Shown in pieces: positions 9,456-17,684 of a stretch of DNA of 64,000 bases. A program made the translations under genes and the position numbers. Source of the stretch: Patescibacteria group bacterium (GTDB lineage: Bacteria > Patescibacteriota > Patescibacteriia > UBA2591 > JAQUPP01); the NCBI GenBank assembly GCA_028716665.1, contig JAQUPP010000002.1, positions 203,717 to 267,716 on the forward strand. The letters are read 5' to 3'. Within the stretch, counting starts at the first letter, position 1, and every line of letters starts with the position of its first letter. Under the pieces are notes generated by a model. That model made no database searches. It saw only the letters and a list, made by a program, of their open reading frames with translations, and was not told the origin of the DNA.

Positions 9456-10211
9456 ATGAATATACAAAAACCATTTTATAAGATGTTTAGGCCAAATAAA
9501 CAGAAGGATGGATATTTTGGGGATTACGTTATTGATTATAGAAACATTTTGGATTGGAGTTCCCCGATTAGGGCCTTTAATTTAATAATTGAAGATTTTA
9601 AAAAAATTTGTGAATATATTGATCCAAGTGATGAGAATACTGCGGTTTATTCTCATAGATTATACGAAATATTTATTAGAACTTGCACGGAATTAGAGTC
9701 CAATATGAAGGCAATATTAAAGGCAAATGGATATGTAAAAACTGGGAGATGGTGGGATATGACTGATTACAAAAAGTTAGAACCTGTATTAAAATTATCT
9801 GATTATGAAGTGTTAATAAATTTTTGGAACAATGGTAGGGGAATGAGTGGTGGTTGCGTCCCTTTTAGAAATTGGGCACAGAGCAAGAGTGGTATACTAG
9901 TTTGGTATCAAGATTACAATAATGTAAAACACTCTAGGGAAGAAAACTTTCATTTAGCTTCTTTGGGTAATTTACTTGACTCAATCTGTGGGTTATTTAT
10001 AATTTTGTTTTCTCAATATGGTGTTCAAATTTTTAATCCCTACCAAATTGTAAAGAGTTATGACGAAGATGATTTGGGTAAAATAATTTCTAAAGATTCC
10101 TTTATATTTAGTATCAAACCACCCGAATGGCGCGAAAACGAAAAATACGATTTTGATTGGGATATAATTAGAGCAGAGAAAAATCCTTTTCAGGAGTTTA
10201 AATCATTTTAA
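9456..10211 (+). CDS. Hypothetical protein, probable divergent HEPN
   Basis: IRTCTELES and WYQDYNNVKHSR (YNxxKH) patterns. Island context. Confidence 0.45.
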   Translation: MNIQKPFYKMFRPNKQKDGYFGDYVIDYRNILDWSSPIRAFNLIIEDFKKICEYIDPSDENTAVYSHRLYEIFIRTCTELESNMKAILKANGYVKTGRWWDMTDYKKLEPVLKLSDYEVLINFWNNGRGMSGGCVPFRNWAQSKSGILVWYQDYNNVKHSREENFHLASLGNLLDSICGLFIILFSQYGVQIFNPYQIVKSYDEDDLGKIISKDSFIFSIKPPEWRENEKYDFDWDIIRAEKNPFQEFKSF

Positions 10212-10231
10212 AAAAATAGTAAAATAAATTT

Positions 10232-10957
10232 ATGATCGAAATATATTTTGATGGTGCTTGCGAGCCAGTAAATCCCGGTGGTACTGCAAGTTATGGTTAT
10301 TTAATTAAGAGGGACAATCAAATTATTGAGCGCGGTTCAGGTATTATAGGCAAAGGAGAAGGAATGACAAACAATGTGGCCGAGTATTATGGTTTGATCG
10401 AAGGAATAAAAGCTCTTAAAAAATTAAGAATTGAAGAAAAGGTAATGATTTATGGTGATAGTAAAATGGTGTGTTGTATTGTTGCGAAAGAATGGGGATG
10501 GAAAAAGAAAAAGACGGTATGGATGCCCCATGAAACAGCTTTACATTTAAAAAAGTTACTTGATGAAGCCTTAAAATATTTAGAGGGTATGGATTATAAT
10601 ATTCAATGGGTGACGAGAGAGAAGAATCAAGAAGCTGATGATTTATCGAAAGAACCACTTATTAAAGCGGGTATTATTAAATCTATTTACCCTAAATATA
10701 ATTTTACAAAGAAAATAGATAAAGAAAAGGAAAAGCATATCATTAAATCTAAAATTAAGAAAAAACCCCAAGAAGGGGATGCTTGTCCTAAAAATTGTGG
10801 TGGAATTCTTTATTGGGCAAACAGCAAAATGACCCCCAAAAAAATGCGGAGGATTTATCATTTTGAAAAATGGCTTAAGTGTAATAAATGTAGGACTGTT
10901 TTCTTTGATGAAAAATATAAAATTATTCATCAAAATGAAACTAAATCATTATTTTAG
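10232..10957 (+). CDS. rnhA: Ribonuclease HI (type 1) with C-terminal Zn finger
   Basis: YFDGAC, TNNVAEY, GDSK and REKNQEADDLS supply the D-E-D-D catalytic set. C-terminal CPKNC...CNKC. Confidence 0.85.
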   Translation: MIEIYFDGACEPVNPGGTASYGYLIKRDNQIIERGSGIIGKGEGMTNNVAEYYGLIEGIKALKKLRIEEKVMIYGDSKMVCCIVAKEWGWKKKKTVWMPHETALHLKKLLDEALKYLEGMDYNIQWVTREKNQEADDLSKEPLIKAGIIKSIYPKYNFTKKIDKEKEKHIIKSKIKKKPQEGDACPKNCGGILYWANSKMTPKKMRRIYHFEKWLKCNKCRTVFFDEKYKIIHQNETKSLF

Positions 10958-11011
10958 TACTTCTCTTATTTTGTTTATTTAAAACAATAGTGAGTAACGC
11001 GGTGGGGTAGA

Positions 11012-11098
11012 CTAACTTCTCGGATTCAAATCCGGTATATAAACATATCCAGTTTGTCTTTGAATTATGGTTCTAACGTCCTCTACGATGCGGAGCCA
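11012..11098 (-). pseudogene. Possible orphan 3' tail of a site-specific recombinase at an att junction
   Basis: The minus strand reads WLRIVEDVRTIIQRQTGYVYIPDLNPRS* starting exactly at the GGAGCCA core, with no start codon. The resemblance to CPR recombinase C-termini is from memory and was not searched. Confidence 0.4.
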
Positions 11099-11158
11099 AA
11101 AAAATAACCGCTTATTTAAGCGGTTATTTTTTTATATCCATCGTGGAAGTTAGAACTT
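11092..11158 (+). repeat. Direct repeat copy A (putative attR: tRNA-type 3' end plus terminator)
   Basis: GGAGCCA-A6-TAACCGCTTATTTAAGCGGTTA-T7-ATA...GTGGAAGTTAGAACTT, near-identical to 14593-14658. Confidence 0.85.
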
Positions 11159-11348
11159 GTTTTAAATTAGAAAAACAATTGATTGATAAAAAGTCAAATT
11201 ATGATATAATAAAAAATAAGTGTACGGACAGCTGTCCTGCCTTACTAAATCAATTTTACAATACAGACCTTTACTGAACTGACTAAAAAATGTATTGGTA
11301 TTTGTTCGTGGATAGAAAAGTATAATAATAGAATGAATAATCTAAAAA

Positions 11349-12920
11349 ATGGATAATAACTTATTACAAAAATTAAAAGATTGGCGGAAAGCGAAAGCTG
11401 AGGCAGAAGGAGTCCCAGTTTTTAGAGTTTTTTCTAATGCTGTCATAGAAGCTATTGCTCAATTTAAACCAAAAGACAAAGAAGCTCTTTTCTTGATAAA
11501 AGGTATCCGTGATAGAAAATATAATAAATATGGTGAAGCTATATTGGCTTTAGTTAATGGAGGGCAAGAAGGGCCGGAATTTTTTGCGGATAATTTTATA
11601 AAAGACGAAGAAAGTAAGCCATTTTCAGTTAGTGACTATCTTAATTTTCTTAATAATCAATTGAGTAAAGATACAGCGCGAATTCAAGGAGAGATTAGTA
11701 GTTTAGATATAAGAGACAAAGTAGTTTACTTTTCTTTAAAAGATTCTAAAGATGAAAGTGTTATTAACTGCCTTATTTGGAAAAATGTTTACGAATTAAA
11801 CGGAGTTGAATTTGAAGTAGGAATGGAGATTATATTAAGTGGTTGTCCAGATATCTATAAACCCAGTGGCCGTTTATCATTTAAAGCTTCGTCTGTAGAA
11901 TTAGTTGGTGAAGGGGCATTAAAAATTGCATATGAAAAACTTAAAGCGAAATTACAAAAAGAAGGCTTATTTGATGAAGCAAGAAAGAAACCTATTCCTT
12001 TATATCCTAATAAGATTGGCTTAATTACTTCGAAAAGTGGTGCTGTGATAGCAGATTTTTCTACTAACATAGGAAGATTTGGATATAAAATATCTTTGAT
12101 AGATTCAAGAGTTGAGGGTCAGTTGGCAACAGAAGAATTATTAAACTCTATAAAAACATTTAGAAATAAAGATATTGATGTTCTTGTTATTATTCGAGGT
12201 GGAGGTTCCATGGAATCTTTTTTACCATTTAATAATGAAGTTCTTATTAAAGAAATAGCGAGTTTCCCCGTCCCAGTTCTAGTTGGAATTGGACACGAAA
12301 AAGATGTTTCTCTTTTGGCATTGGCGTCTGATATGATGTTTTCTACACCCACAGCCGTTGCCAATTATCTAAATGAATCATGGGAGAAAGCAGAATCAGT
12401 AATAATCTTATCAGAACAAAAAGTCTTTAGAAAATTTCAAAATACAATTCAAGAAAATAAAGATTATATTAGAGACAGTTTGGATATAATGAAAAATACT
12501 TTCCAAAAAATATTTAATGATTTTTCAAAGGCCCAAGAATCATTAAAAATTGGCTTTAAATCAATTAAGGATCAGATGGTTGATATTGATAGAAGAATTA
12601 ATGGAGTTCTTATACCAGTATTTAGAAAAATAAACTTTTCCATATCAGGCATTAGAAATAACATATCCGATTCCATTATAAAAGAAATTTTTGAAGGATT
12701 TATAGATGCTAAAAATAAAATTAAGGAATCACTAATATCATATCAAAAACAACTCATCAATAATAACCCTAAAAGACAATTAAAATTAGGATATAGTATC
12801 GTAACAAAAAATGGTCGAATTTTGAAAACAACCAGTCAAATACAAAAAGGAGATATTGTTAGCGTTGGATTAAGTGAGGGCGTATTTGATTCAGAGGTCA
12901 AAATTATTAAAAATAATTAA
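11349..12920 (+). CDS. xseA: Exodeoxyribonuclease VII large subunit with N-terminal HRDC domain
   Basis: OB fold (GEISS...VYFSLKD), RGGGS, VGIGHEKD, STPTA, LKLGYSIV. N-terminal HRDC LKDWRKAKAEAEGVPVFRVFSN...KYGEAIL. Confidence 0.93.
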   Translation: MDNNLLQKLKDWRKAKAEAEGVPVFRVFSNAVIEAIAQFKPKDKEALFLIKGIRDRKYNKYGEAILALVNGGQEGPEFFADNFIKDEESKPFSVSDYLNFLNNQLSKDTARIQGEISSLDIRDKVVYFSLKDSKDESVINCLIWKNVYELNGVEFEVGMEIILSGCPDIYKPSGRLSFKASSVELVGEGALKIAYEKLKAKLQKEGLFDEARKKPIPLYPNKIGLITSKSGAVIADFSTNIGRFGYKISLIDSRVEGQLATEELLNSIKTFRNKDIDVLVIIRGGGSMESFLPFNNEVLIKEIASFPVPVLVGIGHEKDVSLLALASDMMFSTPTAVANYLNESWEKAESVIILSEQKVFRKFQNTIQENKDYIRDSLDIMKNTFQKIFNDFSKAQESLKIGFKSIKDQMVDIDRRINGVLIPVFRKINFSISGIRNNISDSIIKEIFEGFIDAKNKIKESLISYQKQLINNNPKRQLKLGYSIVTKNGRILKTTSQIQKGDIVSVGLSEGVFDSEVKIIKNN

Positions 12921-12929
12921 TATAAAAAT

Positions 12930-13136
12930 ATGACAGATCCAAAAATTAATTTAAAAGAGTCATTAGGTAGGTTAAATAATATCGTTGAATGGTTTAATGA
13001 ACAAGAAGAAGTAGATGTTGAAATTGGTTTAGAAAAAGTTAAAGAAGGAGCAGAGCTAATAAAAGTTTGCAGAAAAAGATTATCAGAAGTCGAAAATGAG
13101 TTTACGGAGATACAGAGAGAAATAGACAAAGAGTAA
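12930..13136 (+). CDS. xseB: Exodeoxyribonuclease VII small subunit
   Basis: 68 aa following xseA, with LNNIVEWF...EGAELIKVCRKRLSEVE. Confidence 0.9.
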   Translation: MTDPKINLKESLGRLNNIVEWFNEQEEVDVEIGLEKVKEGAELIKVCRKRLSEVENEFTEIQREIDKE

Positions 13137-13213
13137 TTTTTAAGTGGCAGAAAGAAATTGAGCAGGAGCTTGTGGAAATGTTCTAAAATAGGCAAATTAT
13201 AAACTGAAATTTT

Positions 13214-14467
13214 ATGAATAAACATACAACAACAATTATTCCTATTGAGCCATGGCTTTATCATTCGCCTAAACTAAAACTCAAAGGATCAATTATAGAT
13301 ATAGGATTAATATGTGAATCTTTAATTTATTATGAAAAAATATTTATTAATATAGATATCCTTTCTAAAAACTTTTTATTTAATGAAATTATAAAATGGT
13401 TTAAACAACAGGATGCATATAAAGATTTTTTACGACTTTTGGACGAGGGTATTATAAATTTTGTTTATCATTCTTTTTTTACATCTCCTATTTTTGATCC
13501 TAGAAATAATACTTATAGTATCTGGAATCTTGAGGACGAAGAATCAAAAGAAAAAGATATTTTTAATTCTAGAGTTTTATATAACGATGAATTGAATAAA
13601 ATAATTAAAGGAAGAGAAAGACAACAACTATATAGAGTAATTGAAAATAAAGTCATTGAATTTAGGGCAGACAAATTCAAAGATGCAGTTGAAAATGCTA
13701 GAGCTGATTACGAAAAAGTAGATACTTGTAATATTATTGTTCAAAGTTTTGTTGATGAATTATATAAAGAATTTGATTTCGGAAAACCACCTGTTATAAG
13801 TAGTAAAATAAATAAAATGGGAGAAAAAATTAATATTTCCTGGAATATTAATTTTGATGAATTAAATAAAAAAACGAATAATAAATTTAAAATAAATCCA
13901 GGGATTCCACTTCATGGAATTGCTCATTGCAACAGGATAATTAAAACAGCGTCGCTTATAGAATCGGATATATGTTTGGGAGAAGTTATGAGCAGTTTAG
14001 TCAATAATAAATTATCTGAAATTAACTTAAAGAATAATGATAAAGTTTTGAATATTATTAAAGAATTAAATCAAGAAGTAGAATTTCCAGATATTAGGGG
14101 TTTGGTAAATAATAACTTAATAACCTTTAAGGATATTCTTGAAATCCGGAAAAAAGCATTGAAGTTTAGGAAATGGCTACAGTGTGAAGGAGAAAGAGAT
14201 AGGGATGCAATAATTGCTTATCATAACGAGGTGGCAGAGGAAGCTAAATTAGAAAAATTTGGCAAAAGTATTTTATCGTTAACAGGTGTAGTGACAGGAG
14301 GATTAATAGGGACAATTGGTGGTCCTATTGGCGGAATAGCGGGAGCAACGATGGGGTATGGAGTAGATAAATTTATTTCTTTAATAAATCAAGAATGGAA
14401 GCCAATAGTTTTTGGAAAATGGCTAACAAAGTATTCTGATAAAATTCAAAAAACGAGACATCCATAA
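13214..14467 (+). CDS. Hypothetical protein with C-terminal glycine-zipper hydrophobic hairpin
   Basis: 417-aa ORF containing LTGVVTGGLIGTIGGPIGGIAGATMG. Confidence 0.6.
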   Translation: MNKHTTTIIPIEPWLYHSPKLKLKGSIIDIGLICESLIYYEKIFINIDILSKNFLFNEIIKWFKQQDAYKDFLRLLDEGIINFVYHSFFTSPIFDPRNNTYSIWNLEDEESKEKDIFNSRVLYNDELNKIIKGRERQQLYRVIENKVIEFRADKFKDAVENARADYEKVDTCNIIVQSFVDELYKEFDFGKPPVISSKINKMGEKINISWNINFDELNKKTNNKFKINPGIPLHGIAHCNRIIKTASLIESDICLGEVMSSLVNNKLSEINLKNNDKVLNIIKELNQEVEFPDIRGLVNNNLITFKDILEIRKKALKFRKWLQCEGERDRDAIIAYHNEVAEEAKLEKFGKSILSLTGVVTGGLIGTIGGPIGGIAGATMGYGVDKFISLINQEWKPIVFGKWLTKYSDKIQKTRHP

Positions 14468-14592
14468 TTTCCTTTTATATTGTCTCATTTTGTTTGTTTG
14501 AATCCGACCCGTCCCTGTCAGTAGAATCATTAGGCCGACCCTCAGGAACGCTTGCGTGGTCTAGATGCGAAAGCGTTCTGAAACCCGAGAGG

Positions 14593-14658
14593 GGAGCCAA
14601 AAAATAACCGCTTATTCAAGCGGTTATTTTTTTATACTCGTTGTGGAAATTAGAACTT
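14593..14658 (+). repeat. Direct repeat copy B (putative attR, right island boundary)
   Basis: GGAGCCA...TAACCGCTTATTCAAGCGGTTA...GTGGAAATTAGAACTT. Confidence 0.85.
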
Positions 14659-14740
14659 TTTTAATGAAATTGACAAAAGTGAAAAAATATGCTATTCTAA
14701 TAATAGATAAATAATCAATTAAAAGATTTTTTAAATAAAA

Positions 14741-15190
14741 ATGATACATATGACGCTACAAAACAAAGTAAAAGATAACGAAGGTTCGGTGATGAAGGGC
14801 GGAGGAATTGTTGCTAAAAAAGAAGATGGCAAAATTTATATTCTGATGCTTTATCGCGGCAATCATGAAGACTGGTCATTTCCCAAGGGCCATACAGAAC
14901 ACGGCGAAACTGTTCAACAAACGGTTATTAGAGAAGTGGAGGAAGAAGGTGAAATAAAATCAGAAATTATCAAAGAAATTACTCCCTTTAAATATTTTAA
15001 TACTAACAGCAATGAAGAAATTATTTGTTATATGTATTTATTAAGACCAATATCCGGCGAGATCAAACCGGAGTATAAAGGCGATAAGGTGGAATGGGTG
15101 CCATTGGCAGAAGTCGGGAAAAGAATCAGTTACGCAAACCTTAGGGATTATTTTAATAAAATCGTTGGAGAAGTGGTTGATTTAATTTAA
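14741..15190 (+). CDS. NUDIX hydrolase
   Basis: Nudix box WSFPKGHTEHGETVQQTVIREVEEEG. Confidence 0.9.
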   Translation: MIHMTLQNKVKDNEGSVMKGGGIVAKKEDGKIYILMLYRGNHEDWSFPKGHTEHGETVQQTVIREVEEEGEIKSEIIKEITPFKYFNTNSNEEIICYMYLLRPISGEIKPEYKGDKVEWVPLAEVGKRISYANLRDYFNKIVGEVVDLI

Positions 15191-15199
15191 ATTTTTTAT

Positions 15200-15664
15200 A
15201 TGATTAAATTTCGTCCGCATTCCAAGGAGGAGATACCGTTTCGACTCAAATGGCTTAATGATAAAAAAGTCGTTAATTTTATTTTTGATAATTTTAAACA
15301 ACCTACGACACTGGCAAAACAAAAGGTGTGGTTTAAAAATTACGAAAATAATCCTTGTAAGAATTTTTTTACGATTTTAAACGATGATAAACCTATTGGT
15401 TTTATGGGTTTATCAAAAATTGATACGAAAGAAAAAAGAGCAGAAGTTTTTATTTTAATCGGAGAAGGGGAATATCGTGGTAAGGGCGTAGGCAGAATTT
15501 CCATGAATTATCTTATTGATATTGCTTTTAAAAAATTGAAACTCAAACGTTTGATTTTAGAGGTTAATAAGCTGAATGATCCCGCCATTAATCTTTATCA
15601 GTCGCTTGGTTTTAAAAAAACAAAAGAAAAAGGCAAGGAGATTGAAATGATATTAAAAAAGTAG
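15200..15664 (+). CDS. GNAT N-acetyltransferase (RimJ/RimL-like)
   Basis: YRGKGVG acetyl-CoA motif and NDPAINLYQSLGF. Confidence 0.88.
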   Translation: MIKFRPHSKEEIPFRLKWLNDKKVVNFIFDNFKQPTTLAKQKVWFKNYENNPCKNFFTILNDDKPIGFMGLSKIDTKEKRAEVFILIGEGEYRGKGVGRISMNYLIDIAFKKLKLKRLILEVNKLNDPAINLYQSLGFKKTKEKGKEIEMILKK

Positions 15665-15678
15665 TATAATTAAAAAAT

Positions 15679-17322
15679 ATGAAAATTGCCATTTGTCAGT
15701 TAAACCCGACGATCGGGGATTTCAAAGGAAATCTAGCCAAAATGAAAAAAGCCTTGTCTCAAGCGAATAAAGAGAAGGCCGATTTGGCTGTTTTTTGCGA
15801 ACTTTTTATAACCGGCTATCCGCCGCGCGATTTTTTAGAAAAAAAAGAGTTTATTGAAAAAGCCGAACAAGCCAATCAAGAGGTTATTATATTTTCCAAA
15901 CAATATCCTCAATTAGGCATTCTTTTCGGCAATATCACGACTCGCAAGGCGAAGACCGGCAATCAGCTTTATAATTCGGCTATTTTGGTTCATGGCGGAA
16001 AAATAGTTTTTCAACAACATAAATCTTGCTTGCCAAGAAGAGATGTTTTTGACGAGCCGAGATATTTTGAACCGACCTCCGAAATAAAAATGTGCACTTT
16101 TAAAAAAGAAAGATTGGGTATTTCCATTTGCGCTGATATTTGGACCGGTCTGCAATGGTTGGAACAGGAATATTCATCAGAACCGTTGAAAGTATTGGCG
16201 AAAATGAAACCGTCTTTATTTTTAAATCTTTCCGCTTCGCCATTTTATGCCGGAAAAGAAAAAATCAGATTTAAAATTTTACACGACCAGGCGAAAAAAT
16301 ATAAACTTCCGATTTTTTACGTTAATCAAGTCGGAGGCAATGATGAATTGATTTTTGACGGTCGAAGTATGGTGGTTAATCAAAAAGGGGAGTTAGTTGA
16401 TATTTGTCCGGCTTTTAAAGAAATTGTCAAAATTGTTGATACGACAAAATTTAATCAGACGATGGTTTACAAACCTGATTTGGAAATGGAAACTATTTAT
16501 CAAGCTTTGATTTTAGGTCTTAGAGATTATGTCCAAAAAGTCGGTTATAAAAGCGTGATTCTCGGATTTTCCGGAGGAATAGATTCCAGTGTTACCGCCG
16601 CCTTGGCCGCGGAAGCTTTGGGTTCAAAAAACGTTTTTGGCGTGAGCATGCCTTCTTCCTATTCTTCGAAGGGCAGCAAAACAGACGCTCAAAAATTAGC
16701 GAAAAATTTAGGCGCTCATCTTGAAACAGTTGCTATTGCTAAAATTTATGATGCTTATTTAATTGCCTTGAAAAAACTTTTCGGGAAAAGCGACAAAGTG
16801 GTCGTGGCGCAAGAAAATATTCAAGCCAGAATTCGCGGAAATATTTTAATGGCTTATTCAAATAAAAATGGTTATTTGGTTCTTTCTACCGGAAATAAAA
16901 GTGAGTTGGCTGTCGGGTATTGCACTTTATATGGAGACATGAGTGGCGGACTGGGAGTCCTTTCCGATTTGCCGAAAAATAAAGTTTATGAATTGGCTCA
17001 TTACATTAATCGAAATAAAGAAATAATTCCGAAAGAAGTTTTAGAAAAAAAACCTTCGCCGGAATTAAGACCGGATCAGTTAACCGAGAAAGATCTTATG
17101 CCTTATCAAATTTTAAATCCGATTATGGAATTTTATGTTGAAGAAAAACTTTCAACCAAAGATATTGTTAAAAAAGGATTTGACGAAAAAATAGTTAAAT
17201 GGGTTATTCATAAAATTGACCGCAATGAATTCAAAAGAAGACAGGCGGCGCCCGGTTTAAAAGTAACCAATAAGGCCTTCGGTATGGGCCGTAGAATGCC
17301 GATCGCGGCTAAATTTGATTGA
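15679..17322 (+). CDS. nadE: Glutamine-dependent NAD+ synthetase
   Basis: N-terminal nitrilase domain (E-K-C triad) plus SGGIDS, ENIQARIRG, TGNKSE, GYCTLYGD and NEFKRRQA. Confidence 0.95.
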   Translation: MKIAICQLNPTIGDFKGNLAKMKKALSQANKEKADLAVFCELFITGYPPRDFLEKKEFIEKAEQANQEVIIFSKQYPQLGILFGNITTRKAKTGNQLYNSAILVHGGKIVFQQHKSCLPRRDVFDEPRYFEPTSEIKMCTFKKERLGISICADIWTGLQWLEQEYSSEPLKVLAKMKPSLFLNLSASPFYAGKEKIRFKILHDQAKKYKLPIFYVNQVGGNDELIFDGRSMVVNQKGELVDICPAFKEIVKIVDTTKFNQTMVYKPDLEMETIYQALILGLRDYVQKVGYKSVILGFSGGIDSSVTAALAAEALGSKNVFGVSMPSSYSSKGSKTDAQKLAKNLGAHLETVAIAKIYDAYLIALKKLFGKSDKVVVAQENIQARIRGNILMAYSNKNGYLVLSTGNKSELAVGYCTLYGDMSGGLGVLSDLPKNKVYELAHYINRNKEIIPKEVLEKKPSPELRPDQLTEKDLMPYQILNPIMEFYVEEKLSTKDIVKKGFDEKIVKWVIHKIDRNEFKRRQAAPGLKVTNKAFGMGRRMPIAAKFD

Positions 17323-17342
17323 TATATTATTTAAAATAGTGC

Positions 17343-17372
17343 GTAAAAACGAGCTTTTCGGCTCGTTTTTAC
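17343..17372 (+). terminator. Terminator after nadE
   Basis: GTAAAAACGAGC-ttttcg-GCTCGTTTTTAC. Confidence 0.75.
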
Positions 17373-17406
17373 TATAATGGATTTTGTCCACCAAAAGGGC
17401 TCTTGA

Positions 17407-17547
17407 CCCCCTCACAAGGAAAATTATTGTCTTTTTTAAAAATTACGATTTAATTAAGTATAAACTTAAAATAAACATCTAATCTTAAGATATGTATATA
17501 AAAGAACAAAAGACAAGTAATTTTATAATTTTCCCCATGTGAGGGGG
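17407..17547. mobile_element. MITE family A, copy 1
   Basis: TIR CCCCCTCACA...TGTGAGGGGG with TTGA on both sides. The right flank completes TTGACA. Confidence 0.85.
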
Positions 17548-17576
17548 TTGACAAAAACCGAAAAATCTGATATTAT
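17548..17576 (+). promoter_or_regulatory. Sigma70 promoter at the MITE right end
   Basis: TTGACA-17 bp-TATTAT with an extended -10 TG. Confidence 0.7.
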
Positions 17577-17684
17577 AATATTAAATAATATCCGAGTTAT
17601 AAAGATAACTTATGGATATTCCCTACACGAGGGTAACGTGGATAGAAGAAAGAAGGTCTTTACAAAAGACAAAAGGAGGAAAAG

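Noticed and set aside
11070-11156. Integron attC site
   Set aside because: The terminal GTTCTAAC/GTTAGAAC inverted repeat is suggestive, but it does not fit RYYYAAC/GTTRRRY, the L-R spacing is asymmetric, there is no intI, and such sites do not follow each gene.
10232-13136. Retron
   Set aside because: No reverse transcriptase and no recognisable msr-msd in the window.
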